Shown piece after piece: positions 8,280-18,923 of a stretch of 64,000 bases of DNA (position 1 is the stretch's first letter; every line of letters begins with the position of its first letter). Location: positions 24,935 to 88,934 of the IMG/VR virus record IMGVR_UViG_3300041809_000801. One strand, 5' to 3'. Under the pieces are notes generated by a model. The model was given only the letters and a program-made list of their open reading frames with translations. It ran no database searches and was not told the origin of the DNA. The position numbers were made by a program, and so were the translations under genes. The DNA is from a virus.

Positions 8280-10622
8280 CTACCCTCCTGTTGACCTATT
8301 ACTGGCTGCTTCGCAAATTTCGCAAATTTCATGAATCTGGTCACCAGATTGTTGCAACAGCTTCAGTACACCGGAGTGATAGTCGCCGGGGCTTGACTGT
8401 GTGTCCCGTTGCAAGTCGTCCCATGTGAACCATGCGATGGCGTCCGTTTCATCCGTGAATTGAAGATTACTTGAACCGCCCTGCATGGGGTTGAGACTAA
8501 ACTCTGACGGCACAAGCCCAAGAAAATTATGGTACTTGAACTTACCATGGGTGAACACAAAGGCTGGAATGAGGCGAATACTCCCGTGGTACCCTACTTC
8601 CTCTTTCAACTCTTCTTGAGCACTCTCCGCAGGAGACATCCCAGCTTGAATGGCTCCGCCGACAGTCCCCCAGCAGTCGCCCTCGTCCACGTAGCTGCTC
8701 CGCCACGCGAGACAGATGCGTCCCGTGGTAGTGCAGATGGGAAGAATGCCCGAGGCTCCCCCACCGGCTCCAGCCCAGTACCCATTCTCATCAATGTGGT
8801 CTGCTTTCTTCTTAGCGGCTGATGATTCTCGTTTAACACAAGCAGCATCCTGCCTAGAGATAAATATTTCTTGCCCAGTTGCACGTCTAAACAAATCTCC
8901 ATCATCTTCACTGCTTAACCATTTCAGCTTTTCACCAATCCTCAACATTTGTTGCCATTGTCGTTTCGGGAGGGGTTGAACCACCACATAAATTCCCCCA
9001 CGTGACTGATTACTGGACTCCTTGATGCCGAGCGACTTCATGAAGTCCTTATCGTAATCTGTCTTAGTTGTATCCTGCTTTGCGGGGTTGGCATATCGCA
9101 GAGCCTCGATGAGAGTTTGACGGGTCGGGATTTTCTCCCAGTCTCGAACCACATTGCCTTCCGAGTCAGTTGCTCGGCCCTGACGTGGAAAGAACGGGTC
9201 AACTTTGAGCACCGCTTGCCAGAGAGTTAACATACCCTCTCCACGAATAATGACAGAACACGCATCATTCCAAGTTTTTTTATTTGGAGTTCTGAGGACA
9301 CGTTCCAGCTTTTTACGCATGTCAGGTTTCAGCTTTCCCCATACGTTAGTTAGCGGATCAATGTATTGGGCTGGGTCGAACTTTCCCTCGTCTTCCTTCC
9401 GTTTACGCAGAATGGCTTGCCATGATTCACGAGATACGCCGGGTGGGCGCTTGGTATAGTCATCGTAGTAGCCAGAAGTTTTTTCCTGTCCCTCTAATGC
9501 TTCGTGTGTCTCTTCCACACCTTCCTCAAGCTGTTCGTTCTTTTCATCATCTGGCTTGAGGTCAGCAACCGGGTTGGTTTCCGTCTCTGTTCCTTCGATG
9601 ACCTCGGTGCCACGTTCGTCTACAGCTTCGCTGTCATCTGAAGACTCAGGTACCGCATCCTTAGGAAGCATTGTCCAATTGGTGTAAACGGTCGGCACTG
9701 GGTAGTTCTCATCCTTTAGTTGCCCGACCGTATGAAAATCCGTGAATGCAACACAACGACCATCCGGGAATTTTACAATGTACTCATCCTGTTCACTGGA
9801 ATAGAGAGCCATGTCATCGCTGATGGTAGCGACCGGGGTGTACTTCTCATCCCCCACTAAAATACTTTTCGGGACGCCCTCGGCGTTGGTTGTCTTCATC
9901 TCAATGTCGTTATCAAACTTGATCGTTGGAGTGAACTCAACTTTCGATGAACCCTTTTTATAGACGGTGTTGAGCAATTGATTTTTGAAGTTCGGGCCGA
10001 TGGGAATCGTGCCACGCGGCTTGCCGAACGAATCATACACAATGACGTACATTGGAGAGGGCTGCGACTTTATACTGCGATTGCGAAACTGCTTAATGAC
10101 CGAACGCGCATCCTGCACTGTAGTCTTCGAAGGCTTCTCGTAGGTCAATTCAAGATGACGATGAACGGGTGGACGCTTGATATTCTTCCCTGCGGCGGTT
10201 ACCACCTTGTCATACGTTTCATTGATGAAATCCATGGGGAGTTTGAACGTGCCCTCAAAGGTTTTCACTGTTGGGTCTTTGCTGATAGCCGACTGAGACT
10301 TGTTGGTGTCAGCTTCGCCGGTCATTCCCTTGAAACAAGTCAAGACAGCAGCATAGATGTTCACGATAATTTTCTCTTCGTACCCGAGAGAAATCATAAA
10401 CGCCGACATCTCATCCAGCAGCACGTGAACCGCCTCAGCGACGAGTTCGCTCATAGTCGAAGGCTTGTCTTCAACAAGCGGAAACTTGAGAGAAAACACA
10501 GTAAAATTGGGAATTCCGAGGTCTAAAGAGATGGTCGCATAGGGGCGTGAATCTCGAATAACCGAGATGTCAAGAGACCCATTCGCTGGGCTAAGGTACG
10601 CTTGCTTTGTTGTATCATTCAT
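8280..10622 (-). CDS. Multi-domain protein with C-terminal NUDIX hydrolase domain
   Basis: WGTVGGAIQAGMSPAESAQEELKEEVGY Nudix box near C-terminus; acidic central linker. Confidence 0.8.
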   Translation of the reverse strand: MNDTTKQAYLSPANGSLDISVIRDSRPYATISLDLGIPNFTVFSLKFPLVEDKPSTMSELVAEAVHVLLDEMSAFMISLGYEEKIIVNIYAAVLTCFKGMTGEADTNKSQSAISKDPTVKTFEGTFKLPMDFINETYDKVVTAAGKNIKRPPVHRHLELTYEKPSKTTVQDARSVIKQFRNRSIKSQPSPMYVIVYDSFGKPRGTIPIGPNFKNQLLNTVYKKGSSKVEFTPTIKFDNDIEMKTTNAEGVPKSILVGDEKYTPVATISDDMALYSSEQDEYIVKFPDGRCVAFTDFHTVGQLKDENYPVPTVYTNWTMLPKDAVPESSDDSEAVDERGTEVIEGTETETNPVADLKPDDEKNEQLEEGVEETHEALEGQEKTSGYYDDYTKRPPGVSRESWQAILRKRKEDEGKFDPAQYIDPLTNVWGKLKPDMRKKLERVLRTPNKKTWNDACSVIIRGEGMLTLWQAVLKVDPFFPRQGRATDSEGNVVRDWEKIPTRQTLIEALRYANPAKQDTTKTDYDKDFMKSLGIKESSNQSRGGIYVVVQPLPKRQWQQMLRIGEKLKWLSSEDDGDLFRRATGQEIFISRQDAACVKRESSAAKKKADHIDENGYWAGAGGGASGILPICTTTGRICLAWRSSYVDEGDCWGTVGGAIQAGMSPAESAQEELKEEVGYHGSIRLIPAFVFTHGKFKYHNFLGLVPSEFSLNPMQGGSSNLQFTDETDAIAWFTWDDLQRDTQSSPGDYHSGVLKLLQQSGDQIHEICEICEAASNRSTGG

Positions 10623-10625
10623 CTA

Positions 10626-13274
10626 TTATTCCATCTCATAGCTGTTGAACATGTCGTTGCCACCAATCTCCCAAACGAGGTCCGTTCTCGGAGCGAGTAG
10701 ACCCATCTGGTGGTTTACATCCCAGTTCGCTACCTCTCCCGTTGGAGTGTTAGCGTTACCTACCACCTGAATCCATTTGGCCGGATTGTTGATGTAATTG
10801 GAACCAAGGAACTGCCACAAGACTGTCCCATCATAAGTCGGCACGTCGTTGGTTGTACTGAAAGCGATGCGAACGATGGCGCTTCCCTCGGAGTTGGTTC
10901 CCGAGCTATAATCCGCGTGAACAAACGGCATCGAGATAGAATTCACTGGAGGACTAAGCGCCGTGCCAACCGCAACAACGGGCAATGTGAGGTTGTTCAA
11001 GAATGTGGAGAAGGCGAAGTTCAGAAGAGTCACACTGCTAACCCCGGCGACGAGTCCCATCTGTGCCAAAGTGCTTGCCACATTCACAGTAAGTACATTG
11101 TTCGAAATCGTGACTGCCGAGGGGGATGTCAACACACTTACTACTGGAGCGGTCGTTCCTCCGATGACAGCAAGTTCCAAGTTACCGTTGTTGTCAATAG
11201 CGTATTGCCCCGTGTAGAACGAGAGTCCCGGAGTCCACTGCTGTAAGTTGCTGGCTATGTACTGCCCATTCGTGGCTAGATAGTATGCTTGATACACAGA
11301 AGGGGCGAACTGTCCACCAACACCAGCCAGAGGAATCCAGTAGGTTGGACTGGTCAGCGGGTTTTGAACCCCACCAGCGGACCCAATTCCATTTTTCTTC
11401 AACGCTCGATACAACTGCCAGCCACCCGGCGTCCATACCCCTAAGCTAAAGCTGCCGGGGGTTGATGCACTCACGGCACGCACTAAAGTGCCCTTGGAAT
11501 AGGTGCCTAAATCGTTCCACACCTGAGGGGTGTTTTGCAGCGCCAGCCAATTTGCCGAACTCAACGGCGAAAGAAGCATACGACCATACGCAGCTAGTGT
11601 AGTAGTCGGGTTGTTCACATCGAAGATAGGAGCCTGATACAGCATTGGGTCGAACGGCGGCTCCTCGTACTGCTGAATGATGATGCGAAGAGTGTCATTG
11701 ATTCCCGTGCCAACGCAGTTCAAATCTTGATAGTAACCCTGATAGTGCGGCTTTTGAGACGCGGTAAGAGCAGCGTATGCGGCGATTGTAATTTGTGGTG
11801 TGCCAATGTTGACCCATGTCACTTGACCGTCTGTGGTCACACCCTGAAGACTCGCGTTCCAAACAGGCTGGGTCACCCCTGATACTCCGCCTGTTACAGC
11901 GAGTTGGATGTTTCCATTGGTGTCCTGAATGGTGGTGCCCACCACATAGTTGGTGGATGTAATCCAAGCAATCTCGGGCGAACCTATGTTTTCCCATTCT
12001 GCCAGATTGTCAGGAGTCACCGCATCGAGTATGGTCGTCCAATCCGGTTCCACTGCTCCTGAGACTCCGGCAGTGATTACTCTCTGGAGATACCCATTCG
12101 AGTCCTGAATAATGGTTCCCAAGGCGTAAGATGTGTTCGCTGCCCATGAAATCGGGGCTGCAACGTACGCGATAAGAACATAGTAAACTTGTTGACTACT
12201 GGGCAGCGTATTCAACTGTGCCTGTGTCAAATATTGGGGACTGATGAAACAATCAATGTTCTCATCAGAACCAAACACCGTAGTGAATTCCAATCCAACG
12301 TGAGCCGGTTTTGAGAGGTCGATAGCCCCATACAGGGAGTTGGTAATCTGTTGCAACTCTTGGAGACTCTCAATGTCAACCAGTGGGTCGTCACCGCCAA
12401 CATTGACGCTGACCTTTACTGCGTTACGGTCGCTCTGGTCATAGAAGCCTTCAGATATTAGCTTGTAGAGTTCTTCTACAACGATGTTCTTCCCGGTGTA
12501 AGCATAGATGACATCCTGAATGGACTTAGGTGTAGCTCCTTCCTGATAAGCCGCCAGAAGGTCTACAAGCATATCACGATACCCAATCGGATAGGCGAGA
12601 GTGGCCGGAGCCGCTCCGGCATTTGTCCAAATCACAGAACCATCAATGGTCGTCGCTCCGGTTGTAAGAGCCCACGAAGGTTCCACACTCCCCGTTTGAC
12701 CGGCTGTGGTTGCTATCTGGACGTTTCCATTACTGTCCAGAATCGCCGTGCGGAGAATCATTCCGGTGTCTGCTGCCCACTGTCCAAATGAAGCGCCAAA
12801 ATCCCCCGAATCAAACTGAGACAACTGTTGAAAGTTGCCTGTAACAAAAAGAGGATTGGCATACTCACGCTTGATGTCTGGAGGCGTAAGATATTGGGGA
12901 TTTTTTGCAACGACATCGTATGAGTACATGTACTCAATGCGTGCCAATTCGATAGCCACGGCACGCAAGAATGAACCCCAAATGCTCTGGTCATTACGCA
13001 TGGTATAGTAGTTCGCCATGGCGTTAATGAGGGATTGATACCGAGCGTCTTCGTACTGAAGCAAATCTTCACGGGAGCGAAGATAGTATTGGTCTTCCTG
13101 CGTTACGATAGGCATCGGTACCCATACTGTCAAATTCTGGCTGGGCTCCTGATTCAAAGAGCCCAAGGAATCCACGCAAATATAGGTGACCTTGCTGTAG
13201 GTCACTGCATCGAGGTAATTGTACTGTATCGTGGAGGACCAAGTTCCCCGCGAATTGTAAAGTGGCGAGGCCAT
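10626..13274 (-). CDS. Baseplate wedge/tail protein with repeated carbohydrate-binding-like modules
   Basis: Repeats W-x-A-x-T-x-Y-x-x-G..I-x-D-x-N-G..P-x-W..T-x-D-G-x-V-x-W; KPAH motif typical of wedge proteins; follows baseplate J-like gene. Confidence 0.7.
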   Translation of the reverse strand: MASPLYNSRGTWSSTIQYNYLDAVTYSKVTYICVDSLGSLNQEPSQNLTVWVPMPIVTQEDQYYLRSREDLLQYEDARYQSLINAMANYYTMRNDQSIWGSFLRAVAIELARIEYMYSYDVVAKNPQYLTPPDIKREYANPLFVTGNFQQLSQFDSGDFGASFGQWAADTGMILRTAILDSNGNVQIATTAGQTGSVEPSWALTTGATTIDGSVIWTNAGAAPATLAYPIGYRDMLVDLLAAYQEGATPKSIQDVIYAYTGKNIVVEELYKLISEGFYDQSDRNAVKVSVNVGGDDPLVDIESLQELQQITNSLYGAIDLSKPAHVGLEFTTVFGSDENIDCFISPQYLTQAQLNTLPSSQQVYYVLIAYVAAPISWAANTSYALGTIIQDSNGYLQRVITAGVSGAVEPDWTTILDAVTPDNLAEWENIGSPEIAWITSTNYVVGTTIQDTNGNIQLAVTGGVSGVTQPVWNASLQGVTTDGQVTWVNIGTPQITIAAYAALTASQKPHYQGYYQDLNCVGTGINDTLRIIIQQYEEPPFDPMLYQAPIFDVNNPTTTLAAYGRMLLSPLSSANWLALQNTPQVWNDLGTYSKGTLVRAVSASTPGSFSLGVWTPGGWQLYRALKKNGIGSAGGVQNPLTSPTYWIPLAGVGGQFAPSVYQAYYLATNGQYIASNLQQWTPGLSFYTGQYAIDNNGNLELAVIGGTTAPVVSVLTSPSAVTISNNVLTVNVASTLAQMGLVAGVSSVTLLNFAFSTFLNNLTLPVVAVGTALSPPVNSISMPFVHADYSSGTNSEGSAIVRIAFSTTNDVPTYDGTVLWQFLGSNYINNPAKWIQVVGNANTPTGEVANWDVNHQMGLLAPRTDLVWEIGGNDMFNSYEME

Positions 13275-13276
13275 CC

Positions 13277-16200
13277 TTAGCTCCCTGTTGTCACGTAGTT
13301 AATCGTAATGCGTCCGGGCACAAGATACTCTGTCGAAGACATAGTAATGTCGCTTGCCCCGCCCTCTCCATATACCTGATACGTGACAAAGAAGGAAAGA
13401 AGGGAAGGATTCGTCAAAGTTTGTGGCAATGTGATGATGACCTTCTGGTTGTACGCGGAACTCAAAGCCGTTGTTGTATTGATTTGGTCATTGGTTCCAA
13501 TGATGTAAAAATAGCCATTACCAGACACAGTTGCCGGAGCGGTTGCGGTAGTCAAAAATTGCTGAACCGAACTGGTGCGGGTGTAAGCCTGACCCTGATA
13601 TAGGAACCCAACAAACGCATCTGCTTGACCGCCTGAAGGAAGCGTACTGTCAGGAAGGACTGGGCTCTGCGTTATGAAGCTGTGCGCCGGGGTCGCAACT
13701 CCAGCAAAAGCTGGGTCAGAGGACAGAGGAATCCACGTAGTCGCGGTCGGAATGACCACTCCAATATCGTAGGAACCATCACTCTTAGCACACTTAACCA
13801 GCGGAAGGTTGACTGTTTGCACTCCGGTGACCCCCATGACTTGTTGAACAAGTTCCGATTGATACAAAGTGCCACTGGCATTATCGAGAACAAGGTCTAT
13901 GGTGCTGCGAATAATTGGGTCAACCACATCCGCTGAGGCGTTTGATTGCAAAGTCACAGTCATGGTGATGTCAACCGGATTGGCAATCATCGCCTTCACA
14001 AGGACATCAGCCGCAGCGTGCTTAAACGTATCAATTTGGTTAGCAAGAACCTCTACGAAAGCGGGGTACTCGGTGGCAAATGTGAATGCCTCAGTAATGA
14101 AATAGGACACGCTCACCGCTGCCCCATCCGGGATACGGGTGGTTCCAATATTCGCCGCCGAGCGTGCGATTGCTGCTGTGCCTGAAACTGAATCCACCGT
14201 GAGAACGAAATCCTGATTCTCCACCATCACGGTGCCGTTGTAAGTAACCTTGATGTAGCGATTGTCGTGTGGAATCAACGCCCCCACCAACCCAGTGGAG
14301 GCCGAAAGATTGACCGTTCCATCAGGGTTCAACGAGGCACCATCCAACGTGAGCGTTGTGTTTCCATAGCTTTCAGGGAGCCACGTGTTATGTACGAATC
14401 CTTGATTGTCAAGAGTGGAGTATGTTGTACCTGAGAGGGTCTGAGATTCGTTCGATACGAACGTCAAATTTTCAGCTACCTCAAACTCATTGTAGGTCAC
14501 TAGAAGCTGCTGATTATTTTGAATGCTGCTTCCCGTAACTGTGCCTGTAGTGGGGATAACAGCAGTGTTCAGGGATGACGTGAAGGTCACCGTAAAGGAC
14601 GTTCCATTTGAAGAAGAAACAGTCAGGACTGTACCAGAAGGGAACTGAGTTGCGAGTTGTGGGTTCGTCAAATTATTGACAGTAATCTGAGCCCCGATGC
14701 CAAACAGGTTATTGCAGGTAAAAATTGCCTGACTGGTAGCGCCCAAAATCTGAATTGCCGTAACCGGATAAGTCACTGTCAACGGCTGAATGCCATAGGT
14801 GTGATACGGTCCTGTCGAAACGATAGTGTAATCTGCACCGAATCCATATAAAGTAGATTGGTCAGTGGAGCGCACCGATACCACATTACCAAGAACCCCG
14901 TTAATACCTACCGTCAAACTCATAGCCGAGGCGATTGTCACAGGAGTGCCAGTGATGGCTGTAACTGTTGTTGTGACCGGGGCAGTTGTCGTGGTGGAAA
15001 CATCAACCATGTCTCCGGCTTGGTTGGAACCGCCATTCAACAAGAAGTCAGAAGTATGAATGAGGTCTATGAGGTTTGTAGCCACCGTTCCCGTTTGATT
15101 TTCCTGACCTATGACAGAATTCACCGAAATGACTGGCTGAAAAGCGGGGGTATCAGTAAGAGGAGACTGGTATCGAGCCAACAACTGATACGTTGTGCTC
15201 CCCGACTGAGTGGACAAGCTGGCGATTGCCGCCTTGTTAGTCGCCGGGACGCCGTTGAGCACTAAGGGAACAGAAATTTGAGAAAGCGAATCGCCAACAA
15301 TCTGATAAGCCAAGTCAGTTGGGCTCAAAATGATATACCCAGCGACGTTATCAAACTGAGAATTCTCCAAACCAAGATAGAAGCTGCCGTTAGAGCCAGT
15401 GACAAGAAGCTGCACAGCTTGATACAACGGGTATGAGAGCGATGAGTTCGGAATTTGAGCGTTCAGCGTGTTTCTATTGAATGCGTTAAGCGTGATGTAG
15501 GTCGAGGGTGTTCCAAAAGTGCCTGTATTTTGGTATTGAAAAGCGATGACCTCATCCTGCTCAGAGAAACTAACACCCTTTGTGTAGATGTCCACACAAC
15601 CATATACATGTTTCTGACGGATTGGGTCCCAATCGCGGAGCATCTCAGTGTCCCCGGCAGCTACCACAATCGCGTCAACAATTCCGGGCGTAGCCAGAGC
15701 CGTGGTGCGGTATCCGTTGCGAGTACCGGAGTCAACCCCTGTATCAAGTCGAATGAGGATACGAGCAGCGAAACTGGAATTGATTTCGTCATCTTGTCCA
15801 AAAGCGGCGGCTGTCAAATTGGTGCAATACCATCCAGAGGGGGCTCCAGTGCCGATATTGTTGATAGTCCCCGCCCCCACGTTCGTATTACTGCCTGTGG
15901 ATTGACACGAAGCTGGAACACTAACTGCCCACCACCCATTAACCGGGTCGTAGTAAGTGTTGATAGAGTTGGCTGCGATACTAGCCGAGCCTGTTGTCAC
16001 AAAATTCAAGGCTGGGGTTTCTGCGTCAGCAACCGTTGAGACAACAAGGCCGATAGGGAAGGTTACCGAAGAAGTAGGCTTAACATACGTGTAGAAAGTG
16101 ATGTTGACAACAGAACTAGTCGCTCCCTTACGAGTCAACCCAGCCCGTTCGCCCAGCACATCGAACTGGTTGTCGATGAATGTTTGAGTGTCAGCGGAGT

Positions 16201-17461
16201 TTAACCCATACGCACGCGAAATCTGTTGCTTTATTGGAGAAGAATTGAATGGATCACTGATGCCGTTCCCACTCGTATTATCTATCTGTGCAAGCCCCGA
16301 TACTGATTGACTCACACGAGAGAACCATTCGCGTACGCTCATGTTCGAGAGTTCAATCGAAACCGGATCAATCATAAGGTCGCGGAGTTCGGAACGCGGT
16401 GACAGGTCGAGATTCGGATAGTTGCGGTTGACCTGCGTAATCATCCGACCTGCGATGTCTTCTTTACGCTGAAGGGCAAGAAAATCCGTAAGCTGTACAA
16501 GCTTGAGATTTACATAGCCGCATGTAATCGGACCGTTCTGTTGTGATTCGAAAATAGCCTGAGTGTTGGGGTCTTGAATCACCGTGGAGAGCATCGCATA
16601 GAATATGTCCGCCCCAGCCACATCTGACTGTGGGACATCCACGTAGTTGTAGTTGTTCTGTTGAACCGTGTTGATAGTCGTCACAGTTTGAGTTCCACCA
16701 AGCCCGTCGTAAGAAGTGGCAGACTGAGTAGACAGTACAGAAGTATCCGACCGGCTCAATTGTGATGGCGGAACAACGTCTCCATATTGAACATAGGTGG
16801 GGTTGATGCCATCCGAGTCAGTGCTCAACAAAACACGGGTACCAACGGTTCCGGGGTATGTTGGTTCTAGCCATTCAATACGACAGATGTTTTGTGCCAT
16901 GTAGGAGCGCACCGCAGAGGGAGGACCGATAACAATCCCGGAACCACTCACGTAAGGAATGAGGATGAACTTCAATGTAGGAGTGACAGCAATGTAGCCG
17001 AGATTCTCCCACACCACCCCATTGTCCGTTGTAGAAGCACCAACGGTTGTATTGAAGTTTGGAATGATTAGACCCGAGGTTCCGGCTGTAGTCACAAGCT
17101 GAACATATCCGTTGGGGTCAACCAGCCGAAAGTTGAGAATGTACGCTGTGCTTGCTGCCCATGAAGCGGCGAGTGGGTCGTAGTTGCGACCAAGAATTTG
17201 AACGGTAAGGTCACCCTGCGTGGGATCAATCGTTATAGTTCCACCGAACTGGTTTTGCCCATTGACCAGAAGAGGGTCTTTGTTGTAGGTGATTTCATTG
17301 TACGCAAGAACCTCAATCTGGCTCGTATTTGCATCGGCGTAGATGATGTAAGGAAGGGCTGTCGTATCAACAGAGATAGAACTCGTCTGTCCCTGCGTGA
17401 TTGTGGGCAGAATTGGAGTCACCGATATGAGAGCCGTCAATGAAACATCTGGTGTGGGCAT
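13277..17461 (-). CDS. Baseplate J-like (gp6-like) wedge protein
   Basis: DLSPRSELRDLMIDP, LGERAGLTRKGA, CQSTGSNTNVGAGTI, FGQDDE, GCVDIY pattern of Baseplate_J. Confidence 0.8.
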   Translation of the reverse strand: MPTPDVSLTALISVTPILPTITQGQTSSISVDTTALPYIIYADANTSQIEVLAYNEITYNKDPLLVNGQNQFGGTITIDPTQGDLTVQILGRNYDPLAASWAASTAYILNFRLVDPNGYVQLVTTAGTSGLIIPNFNTTVGASTTDNGVVWENLGYIAVTPTLKFILIPYVSGSGIVIGPPSAVRSYMAQNICRIEWLEPTYPGTVGTRVLLSTDSDGINPTYVQYGDVVPPSQLSRSDTSVLSTQSATSYDGLGGTQTVTTINTVQQNNYNYVDVPQSDVAGADIFYAMLSTVIQDPNTQAIFESQQNGPITCGYVNLKLVQLTDFLALQRKEDIAGRMITQVNRNYPNLDLSPRSELRDLMIDPVSIELSNMSVREWFSRVSQSVSGLAQIDNTSGNGISDPFNSSPIKQQISRAYGLNSADTQTFIDNQFDVLGERAGLTRKGATSSVVNITFYTYVKPTSSVTFPIGLVVSTVADAETPALNFVTTGSASIAANSINTYYDPVNGWWAVSVPASCQSTGSNTNVGAGTINNIGTGAPSGWYCTNLTAAAFGQDDEINSSFAARILIRLDTGVDSGTRNGYRTTALATPGIVDAIVVAAGDTEMLRDWDPIRQKHVYGCVDIYTKGVSFSEQDEVIAFQYQNTGTFGTPSTYITLNAFNRNTLNAQIPNSSLSYPLYQAVQLLVTGSNGSFYLGLENSQFDNVAGYIILSPTDLAYQIVGDSLSQISVPLVLNGVPATNKAAIASLSTQSGSTTYQLLARYQSPLTDTPAFQPVISVNSVIGQENQTGTVATNLIDLIHTSDFLLNGGSNQAGDMVDVSTTTTAPVTTTVTAITGTPVTIASAMSLTVGINGVLGNVVSVRSTDQSTLYGFGADYTIVSTGPYHTYGIQPLTVTYPVTAIQILGATSQAIFTCNNLFGIGAQITVNNLTNPQLATQFPSGTVLTVSSSNGTSFTVTFTSSLNTAVIPTTGTVTGSSIQNNQQLLVTYNEFEVAENLTFVSNESQTLSGTTYSTLDNQGFVHNTWLPESYGNTTLTLDGASLNPDGTVNLSASTGLVGALIPHDNRYIKVTYNGTVMVENQDFVLTVDSVSGTAAIARSAANIGTTRIPDGAAVSVSYFITEAFTFATEYPAFVEVLANQIDTFKHAAADVLVKAMIANPVDITMTVTLQSNASADVVDPIIRSTIDLVLDNASGTLYQSELVQQVMGVTGVQTVNLPLVKCAKSDGSYDIGVVIPTATTWIPLSSDPAFAGVATPAHSFITQSPVLPDSTLPSGGQADAFVGFLYQGQAYTRTSSVQQFLTTATAPATVSGNGYFYIIGTNDQINTTTALSSAYNQKVIITLPQTLTNPSLLSFFVTYQVYGEGGASDITMSSTEYLVPGRITINYVTTGS

Positions 17462-18234
17462 TATTGATTACCTACTAACTGGGATGACGTGGTTAATGAA
17501 AAACTGACCGGGGTTGCATTGGGAGTGCCATAGGATGTAATGTCCGCCGAAACAGCAATGGAGTTCGGGTCGATTGTGTTCGTCTGCAAGTTCTGTATGT
17601 CTTTCAGCATCTCCTGTGGGTCGAGAGACTGCACTGTTCTTTGGGCCGATTGGATGCTCTTCAAGTTCTGAAGAGCGGTCAAAATCTGGTTCGAAACATC
17701 GGCATCTGTAATCGTCACTCCCCATTTCTTTCCGACATACGTCTTAATCGGACAAGTGAACTGCGGGTAAAACTGACATTGGGAGGTCAGCACCATCTTC
17801 AGCACTCGCTGAACCATTTTGTCGGTGCCAACGATGTGAATAACTGAACCATTGCTGGCTGGTTTAATGTCGTTCAACTGCCCCGCCGTACCACACTTCA
17901 AGCAAAAGTTTTTGATGGTGGTGTAGGAGACTTCAATGAGCGGCACATACCAACGAACCGGCTTCCTGAACATGATTTTGTAAAACTGGTCAGAAGTTGT
18001 AACTCGGTTAATGTCCGGGGTCACAGTGTACCCATACGTCGGGTCATCCGCCTGAACCAACTGACCTCCAATGTAAACCTGCACCTGACTAGCCCCATTG
18101 ATAGGCGCACGCATGTTCAATGCCACGTTGCTGGCAAGATGGAAAGTCATAAAGTCCTGCCAGTCAATGACATACCTTTCAAATGACTGCTGATGGTTAC
18201 ATGGAGCTAACCGAATATTGAAGTCATAACTCAT
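17461..18234 (-). CDS. Baseplate wedge subunit (gp25-like C-terminus)
   Basis: CLKCG, then GTDKMVQRVLKMVLT...YPQF...; directly upstream of baseplate J-like gene. Confidence 0.6.
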   Translation of the reverse strand: MSYDFNIRLAPCNHQQSFERYVIDWQDFMTFHLASNVALNMRAPINGASQVQVYIGGQLVQADDPTYGYTVTPDINRVTTSDQFYKIMFRKPVRWYVPLIEVSYTTIKNFCLKCGTAGQLNDIKPASNGSVIHIVGTDKMVQRVLKMVLTSQCQFYPQFTCPIKTYVGKKWGVTITDADVSNQILTALQNLKSIQSAQRTVQSLDPQEMLKDIQNLQTNTIDPNSIAVSADITSYGTPNATPVSFSLTTSSQLVGNQ

Positions 18235-18923
18235 TAAGTTTCGACGGCTCCTTGTTCCTTGATAGAAATTGGCAGTCCCAATGATGGGTCAGAGTGGTTC
18301 ATCTGCTCCAACTCCCAAATGGTTGGAGTGTCGGCCTGATTGACGCGGAAGTACGGCTGACCCTTATACAGGCTGTTAATGTCGTCTACTAGAACAGCCA
18401 CGTACTCAGGTTTCGAGAAATAACTGTTGATTTTTGTCAAGAGCGGTTGAAGCGTGTCAGGAATACCATTCGCGGTGCTAGTGGCTGGCTGGATGAAATC
18501 GTGAGCATACTGGGCCCTGTCTTCACTTTTTTCAATCAAACAGCGAATTTGGTTCATGTGAAAAACAGCCTCTTCATCTCGTTGAAGCATGTCTTTGAAC
18601 TGAGTCTTAATTTTGCTCATCAACACCATGGGCAATTGGTCATTATCATAGGGGTAAGCGAAATGCCCATACTGCCCCGGCTTCCATAGGGTCTTAGAGA
18701 ACGTTGGAGCAAGCGGCTGGTCGTTGACGGTGCTGTAATATTTTTCCAACACTCCCGCCGTTTTGCGAAGTTGCTGTGCTCGAATCTGATGAAACTGAGA
18801 GATGGGAGTGAGGTTATTTTGACGAGCGGAGACCCATGCTTGGAAGGCATTCCACTGGCTGGCCGAAAAATGCCCCAAGAAATGAAATGGAGGATGTGCG
18901 TAAGCGTATTGAAATGCCATCAA
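18234..18923 (-). CDS. Hypothetical virion protein
   Basis: 229 aa, overlapping starts/stops with neighbours. Confidence 0.65.
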   Translation of the reverse strand: MMAFQYAYAHPPFHFLGHFSASQWNAFQAWVSARQNNLTPISQFHQIRAQQLRKTAGVLEKYYSTVNDQPLAPTFSKTLWKPGQYGHFAYPYDNDQLPMVLMSKIKTQFKDMLQRDEEAVFHMNQIRCLIEKSEDRAQYAHDFIQPATSTANGIPDTLQPLLTKINSYFSKPEYVAVLVDDINSLYKGQPYFRVNQADTPTIWELEQMNHSDPSLGLPISIKEQGAVET

